Position numbers and translations under genes: made by a program. A stretch of 63,985 nucleotides of DNA, counting the filler, from Craspedostauros australis (taxonomy: Eukaryota), in NCBI GenBank assembly GCA_030167865.1. It is 17 parts of 17 records of this genome, joined end to end, with 100 filler letters (N's around TTAATTAATTAA, not from the genome) between each part and the next. Parts side by side here need not be neighbours in the genome. Positions count along the whole stretch, not along the records: positions 6,295 to 21,717 come from JALAGF010001034.1; positions 21,818 to 24,270 come from JALAGF010001036.1; 15 more parts are not named here. One strand, written 5' to 3'. The first letter of the stretch is position 1. Each line of letters opens with the position of its first letter. Below are positions 13,701 to 24,370 of the stretch, piece by piece. The notes under the pieces are model-generated. The model was not told the DNA's origin. It worked only from the letters and a program-made list of their open reading frames with translations, and did not search any database.

Positions 13701-15279
13701 GAATAGATCCAGCAACGATGCGCACGTACTGCACAACGATGAAATTCGGGTGGTGAAGCAGAGATCTGCGCGGGTGCTGAGAAACACCAAGGTGGAAAGG
13801 CCGCTTCGAAAGGCGGCGAGCGCACGGTCTTTGTCGGATTCCTCCAACGAAGGCAAGAACGGACCAATCGCAAGAGTGCGAATGAAGAAGTACAGGCCGA
13901 GATCGTCCAGGAATGTCGCGCTGTCAAAGTCGCTGCATGAACCACCTCGTCACGTTCCCAACCCGAAAAGCGCGGATGCTGATTATCGACGACCAACCTC
14001 CACGTCTCAATTGGGCACGAAGCCGATGAAGTCGCTGTCCCTCGTCCAATCTGCCAAAACGGATCCAACTTTCCTCCACAACATCAACCGCATGGATGGA
14101 GTGGACAGCAAGTCCGCGCACGAGGGAGCTGACCACATGGGTGATGACCCAAAGAGCAGCACTCGTGAATCGAAGAAGTCATCAAGATCAACCAGGACGT
14201 CATCACGCAAACCACCTGCCTCGGGGACCAAGCCATCAAACCGCCATCGGTCCCAACGATCAAACAAGCCAAGCGGATTAACTGATAGCCCGGGCAAGTC
14301 ATCAGCTCCGGAGGGCGGCGCGAGCAAACATGGACTGCGAGAGCTCGCTTCGAATTGGTACAGACGCAGCAAATCGCACGGCAATGTTACGGACTGCCAA
14401 CACACAGAACCTCCGAAGTCGAAAAGGCACTCGGCAAGTTCCGAGCCGAACGAAATGCCGGACCTGGTCGACTTCGATCAATCCAGCGCATCCAAGACTC
14501 GATCCAGATCGCTGGGACGGTCCTTGATATCCAGCATCCTTGCTGAATTGTCCCCCAAGCATGCCAGCAAGAGCAAAGTCCGCTCAGCCCGGCGCAACGA
14601 TGATCTGGACAATGGAAAGAGCAGCAGGCATGATAAGTTAAGCAGCAGCAGCCACCATCGCTCCCGCAACCGGAACGGGGCGCCTGCTCACAAAAGCAAT
14701 CGCACTCGGGGCAACCAACCTCATCGCAACCACTCACCCAACACGCACACGAGCCCTCGATCGACGCTGGCGTCGGTGGGTCCACTGAACTCGGCTGACA
14801 ACTCCAGCCGAAAGTACAGATCTCGCAGCGCCTCCGTGCCTCGGCCGAGGTCCTCCATGGATCGCACGTCTCATGTCGGCCTGCATCACGCGTCTCCAAA
14901 GAAGCCATCCAGCTCCCGCACAATGAGACGTGAGCGTTCGAAACGCTCCGTCGCGAAGAACGTGCGTATGGCAGATAGCCCACAAAGCAACAGTGAAACC
15001 TTAAGCAACAAACGGTCGCAGCACAGCCGAAGAGTCTCATCGAGGGGGCCCAGGAGCAAGGCAGCCACCTCTCCTCTGGTCGGTGGATTACCGTCCATCG
15101 ATTTGGACGTGGGCAGGAACAGCGACCACGTGAGTGACAAGCACGTTGAGAAGGACAGGGCCAGCCAAACAGCTCCCCCATCCCCATCCAGGCGGACCAG
15201 AAGGAGGGAGCAAGACAAGACAAGATCGCGGCAGCGTGGCTGGGATACGAGTAAGGATGTGGGTCAAGGCGCTATGTGA
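10756..15279 (+). CDS. Large (~1500 aa) Ser/Arg/Lys/His-rich, probably disordered protein of unknown function
   Basis: 4.5-kb uninterrupted ORF, first ATG at 10756; low complexity; no recognisable domain. Confidence 0.75.
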   Translation: MNDTFLERNQHPHKLRRQDHESTSSSGDNSTKYEKASVSTASAHFPSTSALSSRSLSSSLHASGHKLSSLFRKSPAIIRRKNMSRDATTTTTTTTPLTAAPAATSNWMGGPALIPRRENGEFRRPLMMLHKRRSVSTPTMYSSLDHSTSSHMGRMLNETFGDNDNGDNTASAAAHDDHDVDDTGRGYGNTNSSTDSKQSAGEATGMPTALANCPLPPMSSLSSGPPKQSRLSAFNGLTLSPRFQKRRFQLTTQCNGEMMPSPKSTHASISSKKGFRGALATVTMALRSPYPNNRRKLDQASGHGKLDALDDTNHDAGDQRDTERDRGNRRQVGSSGFLTHEPTTYAQLVFDSNTDAVVTENRVATTQQVVAAAVATASTLSSSSSSSSSSPMHSPLHSPQLSLMSSFQSHDESKTPADESGAFTVPTITPTSATRSSHQTPPVMDLMPPLHPPPPLCDTPLPRAQDQMPQPVSICLDDESLIIDAAQGIKSVAIPSSMRSCISELSESWNQSHGELTHFTMPSLVSLHSGDAETLTTPNQQQHRNNNNNQNRASNARSRQIATTTNERYVADVDATNAVVAAVVAQLSTHSNANVSALALAMQQSQPAGNQNTLGRTALDSFIQSSLVDPAFDVNDDDGAIDDNQTGSEASLREKVRASLYEQKRHTLRAAPSLPVRQPSPFNSGSRKRIQSTRQFKQAPQSASANYDYMQPVNSTNMRPFNLSRNDAMTSTRSMMPVRSSSMDDMDMFPNDSARRMDQPPRPAFRKKSRSMADLAEYQSSMSASLTLGDSMNSMAGDSWVADVKTLLMKLASPQQERERDNATIKRDKKPSKDPLGQKLSVHKSVHASDLHKQAASRSKAQHNSNKGRSHRGHHTNKSSKTRKEDLLDAPNTASTRTNTRSGRSLRSRGSNRSTRRKSNTPEDRVSDASNRVLHESPTGSHSTRRRRAKSLPSKQQQREKARHAGRPSHDKQNVQPVSTSQNRSSNDAHVLHNDEIRVVKQRSARVLRNTKVERPLRKAASARSLSDSSNEGKNGPIARVRMKKYRPRSSRNVALSKSLHEPPRHVPNPKSADADYRRPTSTSQLGTKPMKSLSLVQSAKTDPTFLHNINRMDGVDSKSAHEGADHMGDDPKSSTRESKKSSRSTRTSSRKPPASGTKPSNRHRSQRSNKPSGLTDSPGKSSAPEGGASKHGLRELASNWYRRSKSHGNVTDCQHTEPPKSKRHSASSEPNEMPDLVDFDQSSASKTRSRSLGRSLISSILAELSPKHASKSKVRSARRNDDLDNGKSSRHDKLSSSSHHRSRNRNGAPAHKSNRTRGNQPHRNHSPNTHTSPRSTLASVGPLNSADNSSRKYRSRSASVPRPRSSMDRTSHVGLHHASPKKPSSSRTMRRERSKRSVAKNVRMADSPQSNSETLSNKRSQHSRRVSSRGPRSKAATSPLVGGLPSIDLDVGRNSDHVSDKHVEKDRASQTAPPSPSRRTRRREQDKTRSRQRGWDTSKDVGQGAM

Positions 15280-15495
15280 AAGGTTGCGTCCAACTCCACG
15301 ATAAGCACCTAAGCAGTGTGCTCTAGTACTCGCAGTTACCCTGACACATGTATAGTAGAGTCGTGCAGAGTATCTGCGACAGCAATAAGAGGGAAAAGGA
15401 GTTGGAGTGTCTGTAGTTGCGATGCTTCAATGTTAGTGGTGCTTTGGTTCCACTTGCGCGAGGACTCTTCGTTCTCGTCGAGTGATCAGAGACAC

Positions 15496-17286
15496 TCACA
15501 ACCTTTGGATGATGCGTGATGGATCGTAGCAGAGCAGATCAAAGATCGTCTCCAAGCGTCGATCCAACGTGCACGACAGCAGGAATGGAGTGAGCCCAGA
15601 TTCGTCGAGGATGTGGATGCTGTCTGGAAATCGCTGCAACAAACAATCGATGATGTTCCATTGGATGCTGGGATGGTTCTGGCACGCCATGTGAAGCGGA
15701 GTGCGACCGCGGGTGTCCTGGATGCGCAGCAACAGCGATGAATCGTTGGGGCAGACTGTTGGTTTAGACGCATTCTTCATCTTCGTTACGGATGATGCTG
15801 GTTTGTGTGGTGAAGATGTTGGGCCAGATGGCGGGCATGAGAATCGAGCGACCGCGCTTTGCGAATGCAACATCGTTGTTGCACTTGTGCAAAGCAGACG
15901 CACGATGCTGATATTTGGTGAGCTCTGAGAGAGGAGCTGATGCAACGGGGTGAATCCCTGCTCGTCCTGCCAGAGGATGGTCTTTGGCGCCTTGCGGATC
16001 ATGAGCTGGACGACGTTGACGTGAGGTCTCATCGTGCACATGACGTGGATTGGGAGCTGGCCACCGCCCAGATCCTCGTAGCAAAAGCCCTTCCATTCCT
16101 CCAGGAACATTCGGACCATGTGAATATCCCAGCAGTAGGCAAGGAACCAACGACGGAGATTGCGGATGAATGGATCGCTGCTGGCGCCTGTCTTGGCATC
16201 TGTTGAAGCCTGTTCATCATGAGTGTGGTCAGCGCCAGCGTCAATGCTGATACTGCTGCGGTTGCTGCTGGTTTGGTCAAAAACTGCTTTTCCGCTCGAT
16301 CTCTTCGCTGCCAGGGCTCGACTTTGGCGGTACATCTGTCGGGCATGCTGCAGCACGAACCGTCGCATCTCCTTCTGCAGCTGTCTGCAATTGCTGTCGA
16401 TGTTGGCATACCGGATGGTCATCGTGAGCGGTAGGAATCTCATCCCTGCTCGCTCCAACAGCGTTTCTGGACATCCATTCACCAGCAAATGTAGGCAGCC
16501 AGGCGGTGGCAGCGACTTGCGCTGGCACAGGAGATGCAAAGGCAGGCACCCATCAGCATCACGGCAGGTGCGTGCCTCGGGATGCATCGCAATAACGAAT
16601 CGCATAACCTCCCATGAAAACAGTGCGATCGGCACTGTGCAGACCAGATGCAAGGGCAAGCGCCCATTCGATGTCGTTGCGATGGCGATGGCCTTGGGAT
16701 GCAGATCGAAGAGACGCCGCACGATCTCCAGCGGGCATCCCCATTGGCATGCGGAATGAAATGGAAGATTGCCAAATTCGTTTGGCATTGCGAGAATGTC
16801 TGGGTGTGCTGTGAGGATATCATTGATTTGTGAAATCACGACGTCGCGGTCGTCATCCGTACCATTCTCAGTGTTGTTGCCATTGCCGTTGCCGTTGTCA
16901 ATGTGATTGGCAATATCGTTGTTGTTGCCATCGTTATGATTTGCAATACCGCCATCGTTGACATTAGCGGCCTGCTCGAATGCGTCATTTCTCGCACCAA
17001 CGGTCGGTTGATTCAACTTCCAGAACAATTCATCCAAACGATTGCGTTGCTTGAGGAGTCCGTCATCGGCATTTGCTGGTTCGTGTTGCGCGGTGCTGCC
17101 TGTCAATTGCGATGAGGGTGGACAGTTGCCACGTCTGCAGGCATTGCGTCTATTGCGACTGCAGGCAATGCGATTGGTCATTGCTGCAGCAGACGTGCGA
17201 TTCATGGCTGCGTTCTGAGTCGTCTGCTCTTGTGCAGCAACGGTTGCTGCTGATCCTGCGGATGTTGTCGACGTTGACGTTGACAT
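15496..17286 (-). CDS. Ankyrin-like repeat protein (GxLPLH-type repeats) with Asn-rich N-terminus
   Basis: GNLPFHSAC, GRLPLHLVC, GCLPLHLLC, GQLPIHVMC, GFTPLHQLL, GRTPLHMAC, GLTPFLLSC. Probable ATG at 17286. Confidence 0.85.
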   Translation of the reverse strand: MSTSTSTTSAGSAATVAAQEQTTQNAAMNRTSAAAMTNRIACSRNRRNACRRGNCPPSSQLTGSTAQHEPANADDGLLKQRNRLDELFWKLNQPTVGARNDAFEQAANVNDGGIANHNDGNNNDIANHIDNGNGNGNNTENGTDDDRDVVISQINDILTAHPDILAMPNEFGNLPFHSACQWGCPLEIVRRLFDLHPKAIAIATTSNGRLPLHLVCTVPIALFSWEVMRFVIAMHPEARTCRDADGCLPLHLLCQRKSLPPPGCLHLLVNGCPETLLERAGMRFLPLTMTIRYANIDSNCRQLQKEMRRFVLQHARQMYRQSRALAAKRSSGKAVFDQTSSNRSSISIDAGADHTHDEQASTDAKTGASSDPFIRNLRRWFLAYCWDIHMVRMFLEEWKGFCYEDLGGGQLPIHVMCTMRPHVNVVQLMIRKAPKTILWQDEQGFTPLHQLLSQSSPNISIVRLLCTSATTMLHSQSAVARFSCPPSGPTSSPHKPASSVTKMKNASKPTVCPNDSSLLLRIQDTRGRTPLHMACQNHPSIQWNIIDCLLQRFPDSIHILDESGLTPFLLSCTLDRRLETIFDLLCYDPSRIIQRL

Positions 17287-18031
17287 GACTGCAATCGATT
17301 TGGAATGATCAAGATTGGGTAGAGTTGTCTCGTGTCTTTTGCTTCGTCTTGCTTTCTTTTGTGTTTGCAACCGTTTGCAATGACACGCGTGATTGATGGC
17401 CAATGGATGAATCTGTCGATGCCTTCGCGTTCAGGTGTGATGATCGTTGCATCCAGAATGGGCGAGACTCGAATGCTCTATTGGTGTAGCACTGCTCGTG
17501 GACGCCGCACGGTGATGACACCACTCCTCTTTGTTCTGATGCAGTACGATGATGATGTTGATGGTGCTGATGAAGATGTTGTCGCTGCTGCGTGTGGAAT
17601 GAGCATTGTTCCGCAAAGAACCAATGATGCCAATGGTCACGAAGGACTCACATCACCCACCACCATTTTCTTCTTTTTCTTTTTCTGAATTCTCAGACAG
17701 ACAACTTTTGTGTCGCAAGAAAAGGTATCATTTGTGCGACTGTGGACACGTCATGACACTTGTGAGCCAATCATGTTCATTGCCAATCATCCACCCGTCT
17801 GTCTGTCTGTCATCAGAAACATGCGTTGCAAAAGAAGTACAGCAGCCAAATATCAATAATATCAATTTGGTCGTGTTTCGTTCATTCCTGTTTCGTGAGT
17901 CCATTCACGAGTCGAAAGAAAAGCCCAAATGACCCCACTTGTTCTTCGAAATCTGGTTGAGCGCCATCATGTCGATCCCTGTCGATCCTCCTCCTCGAGA
18001 TACCTTCTCATGGCTCGGAAGTAGCCACTAT

Positions 18032-18649
18032 CCCTAATGAGTTTTTTGCTGACAAATTTGGCACATGTGCCAAATTTGTCACTTCTTTTGGGTTCGCATC
18101 AACAGCGCACGTTGGCCTCCACGTGTAGGTGGCAAGATCGCCTGCCAGACCAACATGGTCCTCCAGTGTGGTGGCTTCTCTCATTGTTTAACTGGAGCCT
18201 TCTGGCGCAGGCAATTTCTGCTGCAGACAAGGCCACATAAGGAATTCAGAACCCTAAGGACATACCACATAAATGAATTATTTATCAACAAGCCGGAACG
18301 CTTCGTGCATAGACACTGTTGAAAGACAATGATTGGATGAAAATCACAGACTTCGCTTGGAAATAGCACTGAANNNNNNNNNNNNNNNNNNNNNNNNNNN
18401 NNNNNNNNNNNNNNNNNNNNNNGAAGCACAAACGCCAATCCTGGAGAAACAACAATCAAGAGTTTTGAGGACACAAAAGCGCCTCTGCACGATAACGCTG
18501 TGTGGAAGTCGAAAACACATTATCAGTACCACCTCAGCTGGCCGATGCGAACACACAGGATGTGACAAATGTGGCACATCGATCCAAATTTGTCACATCA
18601 ATGTGAAGTGCCAAATTTGTCACATCGGGGGCCCAAAATCTCATTAGGG
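18032..18649. mobile_element. Non-autonomous TIR element (MITE) with CCC...GGG termini and 4-bp TSD CTAT
   Basis: Left end CCCTAATGAGTTTTT (18032) and right end AAAATCTCATTAGGG (to 18649) match 14/15 as inverted repeats. CTAT at 18028-18031 and 18650-18653. Subterminal CCAAATTTGTCAC repeats near both ends. Confidence 0.85.
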
Positions 18650-18781
18650 CTATGCGAACAAGGACACAGAATAGATCATACTCTGACAACAACAACAACA
18701 AGAACAAGAACAACCAGAGCACCTACACCACTCACGCACACATCGCATTGTCAAAGCGTTGGAGTGTCGAAGACCAGCACG

Positions 18782-20203
18782 ATGTCGGAGACGAAAGCAC
18801 AAATGGAGAATAGCGAGAGCAATGGTTCTCAGCGAAGGTCCAACCGGCTGTTGTGGATCGTGCTGCCCTTGGCAGGCTTCTCCATCATGACGATGGTGCA
18901 GATACAGAACACGTCGCCGATCTTCGAGCAAATCATGAAGCAGGGCGGCGACGTGTTCCAGGAGATCCTTGCGACCACCACCGCCGTGGATGGAACTGCA
19001 TCCACCGCACCGCCATTTGAGCCAGAACTGACGTTCACGAGATTCGGATGGTTCCACGAGGATCGCAGCCATGGTTTGAAGCATCCGCGGTTGTGGACCT
19101 TGAGCAATCTCACGGAGGCCGTGCAGCAGCATCCGTGGTACAACGCCTCCGCCTGGGACGATCTCAACGCCCATCCCGATCCCGACCGTCCCGTCGTGGC
19201 ATTCCTGGATATTGAAACGTGCAAAGAAATCAACTGGCCCAAGATGGGTGGCGACTTCGGTCTGGCCAGCGATAGGAGCGGGGGTCGCTTGCCGTGGAAC
19301 GGGGGAAAGAAGCCTTCCATCTGCAAGACTGCAGAACAGGCCCTGGCGTTACCGGCCCTGTCAGCATCGCCACACTCGCGGCTGGTCGTCCTGAGCTGCG
19401 GCGAACCGGCGCCTGGCAACAAGGCAGTCTTTCCCGACTGCGCCTTCGCGGATCGCGACGCGGCGTTGTACAGCAAGATGGTCGTCGTGCATCTCACGGC
19501 GCACAAGGATCAGGCGCATCCGCACGACGATTTTGGTATGGCGCCGTTGCCGGTGCGGCCCGTGTCTTTGAGCGAGACGGAGCTAGACGACATTGATTCG
19601 TGCCGCGCGGCGCAGAATCGCTCCTACTTCTTTTCGTTTCAAGGGCGACCGCGCATTCCGTTTCCCAAGTACACGGAGTATTTCAAGCCGATGCATGGCA
19701 AAAACGGTGTGCATGCCGTCTTCACGTTCGGTCATTACCAACGATCCAATCATTCCAACGCATGGGGTGGCAAAGTCCTGGGAGGCCTGGACGCGCAGCA
19801 GCAACGATCGGACGATTACTACAATATTCTGAGGGACACCGTCTTTGCGGGATGCCCGCGCGGCGACAACTTGTTCGCGTACCGATTCGCGGAGATCCTC
19901 TCGGCCGGCAGCATCCCCGTCGTGTACGCCGATGGTTGGGTGCTGCCGTTTTTGCCGCAGGTCGTGGATTGGAACGAGGTGGGTGTCCTCATCGCGCAGG
20001 ACGATGTCAATCAGACCATGGACATTCTAAAATCCTTCACAGCGGAGCAGATCTGCGCCAAGCAGAAGAAGGTCCTCGAGGTCTATCACAACTACGTCAA
20101 GGATTCGCACGGGCGGTTACGAGGGATCTTGGAATCGTTGCAGGTCAGGATGCAAAGCGAGGAGCCGATAATGTTCGCGGCAGCGCCAGGGGATGCCGTG
20201 TGA
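18782..20203 (+). CDS. Exostosin family (GT47) glycosyltransferase, type II membrane protein
   Basis: N-terminal anchor LLWIVLPLAGFSIMTMV; GT47 motifs YFFSFQGR and FAGCPRGDNLFAYRFAEILSAGSIPVVYADGWVLPF..VVDW. ATG at 18782. Confidence 0.92.
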   Translation: MSETKAQMENSESNGSQRRSNRLLWIVLPLAGFSIMTMVQIQNTSPIFEQIMKQGGDVFQEILATTTAVDGTASTAPPFEPELTFTRFGWFHEDRSHGLKHPRLWTLSNLTEAVQQHPWYNASAWDDLNAHPDPDRPVVAFLDIETCKEINWPKMGGDFGLASDRSGGRLPWNGGKKPSICKTAEQALALPALSASPHSRLVVLSCGEPAPGNKAVFPDCAFADRDAALYSKMVVVHLTAHKDQAHPHDDFGMAPLPVRPVSLSETELDDIDSCRAAQNRSYFFSFQGRPRIPFPKYTEYFKPMHGKNGVHAVFTFGHYQRSNHSNAWGGKVLGGLDAQQQRSDDYYNILRDTVFAGCPRGDNLFAYRFAEILSAGSIPVVYADGWVLPFLPQVVDWNEVGVLIAQDDVNQTMDILKSFTAEQICAKQKKVLEVYHNYVKDSHGRLRGILESLQVRMQSEEPIMFAAAPGDAV

Positions 20204-20329
20204 TGCGCTTTGCGCGCGTTGATGTGCGTTGATGCACAAGTGGGTGAGCCGCTTTGTGTAGACAGGCCAACATCGTCACAGTATGGTGCTACGAATACCA
20301 TCTTGTGGCAACAACTAGGAGCTACTCTT

Positions 20330-21061
20330 CTATCTCGGATTGCCGCCTTGCGTCTTGAAAATATCCCGCGCGAAGCTCGATCCATCCCCACGTGTGGCCA
20401 GTTGATTGATCTGGGAGTGCATGTCACGCGTCACGATCTGCTCGATGATTTCTCCCGTACCACGCACCAGACGCATTCGACCGGTGCTTTCATCGTACAC
20501 CTGCCGAACTTGCTTCTGCTGTGCTTCGTATTGCTCCCGAGACATTGGTACCATGGCCCTGCGCCGTTGCTCGGCTGCTTCCGTTTGAGGTGCTGTAGCT
20601 TGGGTGGCCGTTGCGATATTCGGAATGTTGTCTGCATCCTTTTCTTCGCGTTTCGTTGGATCAGCAGTATTTGATGAAGAGGCTGTCTTTGTAGCGTCGT
20701 CACCACCAGTGGCTTCCTTATTGGATTTCTTCCGTTTCGTCTTCTTCTGCTTCTTGTCCTTCTTCTTCTTGCTCTTCTTCTTTGATTTCTTCCTGCTTCT
20801 GCTTCGTTCGCGTCTCGCTTTGCGTTTGCGCTTGCGCTTTCTGGACTGACGATGATGACGAGAACTTGAGCCACTGCTGCTGCTGCTGCTATCGTCGGAT
20901 GAAGAAGAATCCGAAATGGAGTCATCAGGCGAGCTCAAGTCAGACTCATTGTCGCTCCGTTCATGACACCATCTTTTACGCCCTGATCCCCTCCTGCGGC
21001 CTGGTTTGTACCGATGCACCCTGCTGCTGTTGCTGCTGGAAGATGAGCCCGACGATGTCAT
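20330..21061 (-). CDS. ARL6IP4: ARL6IP4 / SR-25 family splicing-associated protein
   Basis: Ser-rich and Lys/Arg-rich N-terminal half; conserved C-terminus AMVPMSREQYEAQQKQVRQVYDESTGRMRLVRGTGEIIEQIV...INQLATRGDG. Confidence 0.9.
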   Translation of the reverse strand: MTSSGSSSSSNSSRVHRYKPGRRRGSGRKRWCHERSDNESDLSSPDDSISDSSSSDDSSSSSSGSSSRHHRQSRKRKRKRKARRERSRSRKKSKKKSKKKKDKKQKKTKRKKSNKEATGGDDATKTASSSNTADPTKREEKDADNIPNIATATQATAPQTEAAEQRRRAMVPMSREQYEAQQKQVRQVYDESTGRMRLVRGTGEIIEQIVTRDMHSQINQLATRGDGSSFARDIFKTQGGNPR

Positions 21062-21133
21062 CTTGCTTGAGACCTGCTGCGAGTGCTGTCCAGTTGTATC
21101 GAGCAAGAGAGCTGTGGGTACGAGCTACATAGC

Positions 21134-21717
21134 AATATCCATGAGGACAGATTCTGTCTGGGGAGACCAAAAATGGCCATTTTGGGCTCAGGAGACAAAG
21201 TTACCCGGAGGTTCGCCAAAATCCGGTCTGAGGAGACAATTTTCANNTCCACGTGATAAATCTCCACGATAGGATTTTTCGGTCGAATACTTCGACTAAA
21301 AGAAATTCTGCCAGCTTTTTGTTCTGACATCTCCTCCTCCAAGATTTTCTTCATCGTCATTGTTTCTTCGCTTTCCTCCGCATGGCAACAACCCTCCCCC
21401 TCCAACCTCCTTGCCTGCTGTGGTTCATTTCATTCCATCACCAACCTCGCACCTCCTTGCTTGTCATTCGCAGCATCCCCCATACTGCCTTCTTCTTCCA
21501 GCTTGCCTTCTTCGATACATCACCTTCATCATGGCATCTTCTCGTCCGCCCAATGCTCCCAATGCCAATGATGACTTGCCCACAGCTTCCACTCCAGTTG
21601 CAACAATCGGCCATGGCAACGTCTCTCCATCCGAGCAGCTTCATCCCTTTGGACAAGTTTTGGATGATGGAATGGGTGATGCAGGCAAACACACCCATGA
21701 AGAAGAAGGAGATGGCA
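21134..21717 (+). repeat. 584-bp end of an unclassified multicopy element (copy 1); ORF from ATG 21531 runs off the contig
   Basis: Reverse complement of 31058-31641, apparently identical including the same 'nn' and the same contig breakpoint. Flanks differ outside AATATCCATGAGG. Confidence 0.9.
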
Positions 21718-21817
21718 NNNNNNNNNNNNNNNNNNNNNNNNNNNNNNNNNNNNNNNNNNNNTTAATTAATTAANNNNNNNNNNNNNNNNNNNNNNNNNNN
21801 NNNNNNNNNNNNNNNNN

Positions 21818-24270
21818 CAAGGACAAGGTCAACAAGGACACCTGGCTCGCCGACAGTGGAGCTTCGTGTCACATCGTCAATTCAGACGCCGCTCTCTTCA
21901 ATGTGCGGCACATCAAGTCATTCGTCCAAGTGGGAGACAGCACGAAGCTGGACTCTCCCAAAATGGGATCCATTCGCTTGAAGGTCAAGCANNNNNNNNN
22001 NNNNNNNNNNNNNNNNNNNNNNNNNNNNNNNNNNNNNNNNNNNNNNNNNNNNNNNNNNNNNNNNNNNNNGAACAAGGCTCTGTACAACGGTTACCAGCTT
22101 GGTAGCAACGGCATTCTGATGGACATCATCAACGGATCCGGAACGAAGATCGTATTCGATCGAGTCTTCCCCACATCGAACGGATTCATCACGGGAGTGC
22201 AGATGCATCCCATCATGCCAACGAACAACGACAAGGCTTGCACAGCCATCGTCAAGAACCCATCCAAGGAGATCATCGCGGTGAACTTGCATCGAATGCT
22301 CGGCCACGCGCCACTCGAAACCATGAAGCGAACAGCCGCCCAATACGGATGGAAGATTATCGGCGAGATGCCGNNNNNNNNNNNNNNNNNNNNNNNNNNN
22401 NNNNNNNNNNNNNNNNNNNNNNNNNNNNNNNNNNNNNNNNNNNNNNNNNNNNNNNNNNNNNNNNNNNNNNNNNNNNNNNNNNNNNNNNNNNNNNNNNNNN
22501 NNNNNNNNNNNNNNNNNNNNNNNNNNNNNNNNNNNNNNNNNNNNNNNNNNNNNNNNNNNNNNNNNNNNNNNNNNAGTGATCAACCAGGATACATCAAACG
22601 ATTCATCCAAACGATCAAGTCACAGACTGGTGACCAACAGATCATCTTCCGAGGTGACAACAGCAGAGAGAACAAAACCACACAGGATATTCTCATTGAT
22701 GCAGGACTCAACGTGAGATTCGAATTCACGGCATCGAACACGCCGCAACAGAACGGCAGAGTGGAACGCAAGTTCGCGTACCTCTACACCAAGATCCGCT
22801 CCATGCTCAACGGAGCACAGCTCGACGAAGAGTATACGCATGGCCTGTGGGCAGCAGCTGCTAGCACTGCCACCGCCATCGCCAACATCACCGTAGCGAA
22901 GAATCAAAAGGAATCACCACATCGACAATTCTTTGGCAACGATCCACCATATGCGGATGCACTCCGCACGTTCGGAGAGGTGGGTGTTGTGAAGACTACC
23001 TACGGCGGGATTACCGCCAAGCTCAAGAATAGAGGAGAAGAGATGGTGTTCATCGGATATGCACACCAACACGCATCAGGGGTCTACAACATGTACAGAC
23101 CCTCGACCAAGTCACTGATCTGCTCACGCGACATCAAGTGGCTCAACCAATCATACGGACAGTTCCGTGGCTGGGCGCCAGCATCGAACATATCCAACGA
23201 AACAGGAACAACTGACGCAGACGGCTTCACAACCATCGGACAGAAGGGAGCAACGCCAAGGACGGCAACGCGTCAAACATCGGAAGCGAAGAGAGTATCT
23301 TTCGCTGACAGCAACAGGTACTACATCCTATCGGACAGGGACGATGAGGATGACGAGGACGACGGAGTAGTGACTCAACTAGTCCACAACGACGAGGAAG
23401 ATCGGAGCGAATCCAATCATGAGGATGACGAGATCCTACCATCCGGCGACGAAGCCGATGATGATACAGGCGTCACCCCTCCGAACACACCAGCGAGGTC
23501 TACACATGGTACACCATACAGATCTCCACCAAGCAAACCAAGCAAGCGTGACACAGACAGAAAGGAGAGGATCCGACGTCACGAAGCACAAGGCAGGAAG
23601 GGAGAAGCTCATCCCACGTCAGCTGCAGGGAAGAGTATTCCCAGAGCTCTGCGTGAGCTCGCAGACTTCAACGAACGAGGTCGAAAGGAGGAAGATTACG
23701 AGAGCGAATCATCATCCAACGAAAACAGTGATGAACTCAGCGATGAGATAGCTGACGAATCAAACAACAAAACGAGTGATAACAACGAAACCACAGATGA
23801 TGAGGAAATCGTAGACGAAGAAGAAGAGATCGAGATCACCCATCATAGCACAACAGGTCTATACGGGATGAATGCAATCATTACCGAGACACCAGCGATC
23901 GACATTGGACTGTCGATGCAGGACCAGAACGGAGAGTCAAGGAAGCACATCGAACCAATGACATTCAATGGAGCCTTCAATCACCCAGATCCCATCCATC
24001 GAAAGGGATATCGAGCAGCCATCAAGAAGGAGTTCGACTCCATGGATACACGCAANNNNNNNNNNNNNNNNNNNNNNNNNNNNNNNCCACGCGGCCGCAG
24101 ATGCTGCAAATGCAAATGGGTCTTCAAGCTGAAGCGTGACGGCACACATCGAGCGCGGCTCGTTGCATGTGGCTACTCACAAATCGCAGGAGTAGACTTT
24201 CAAGAGCATTACTCACCTGTCATCCATGACGTGACCTATCGGGTCATGATGGTGATCATGCTGATCAAGA
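21818..24270 (+). mobile_element. Ty1/Copia pol fragment of a second lineage: protease, GAG-pre-integrase, integrase, start of RT
   Basis: WLADSGASCH (protease), LHRMLGH, RGDNSRE, TPQQNGRVER (integrase), FIGYA, CKWVFKLKRDG..RARLVACGYSQ..GVDF (RT). PR-IN-RT order is Copia. Confidence 0.95.
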
Positions 24271-24370
24271 NNNNNNNNNNNNNNNNNNNNNNNNNNNNNN
24301 NNNNNNNNNNNNNNTTAATTAATTAANNNNNNNNNNNNNNNNNNNNNNNNNNNNNNNNNNNNNNNNNNNN

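Noticed and set aside
18569..18781. N-terminal extension of the exostosin ORF
   Set aside because: Begins inside the MITE at a non-ATG codon; ATG 18782 precedes the signal anchor.
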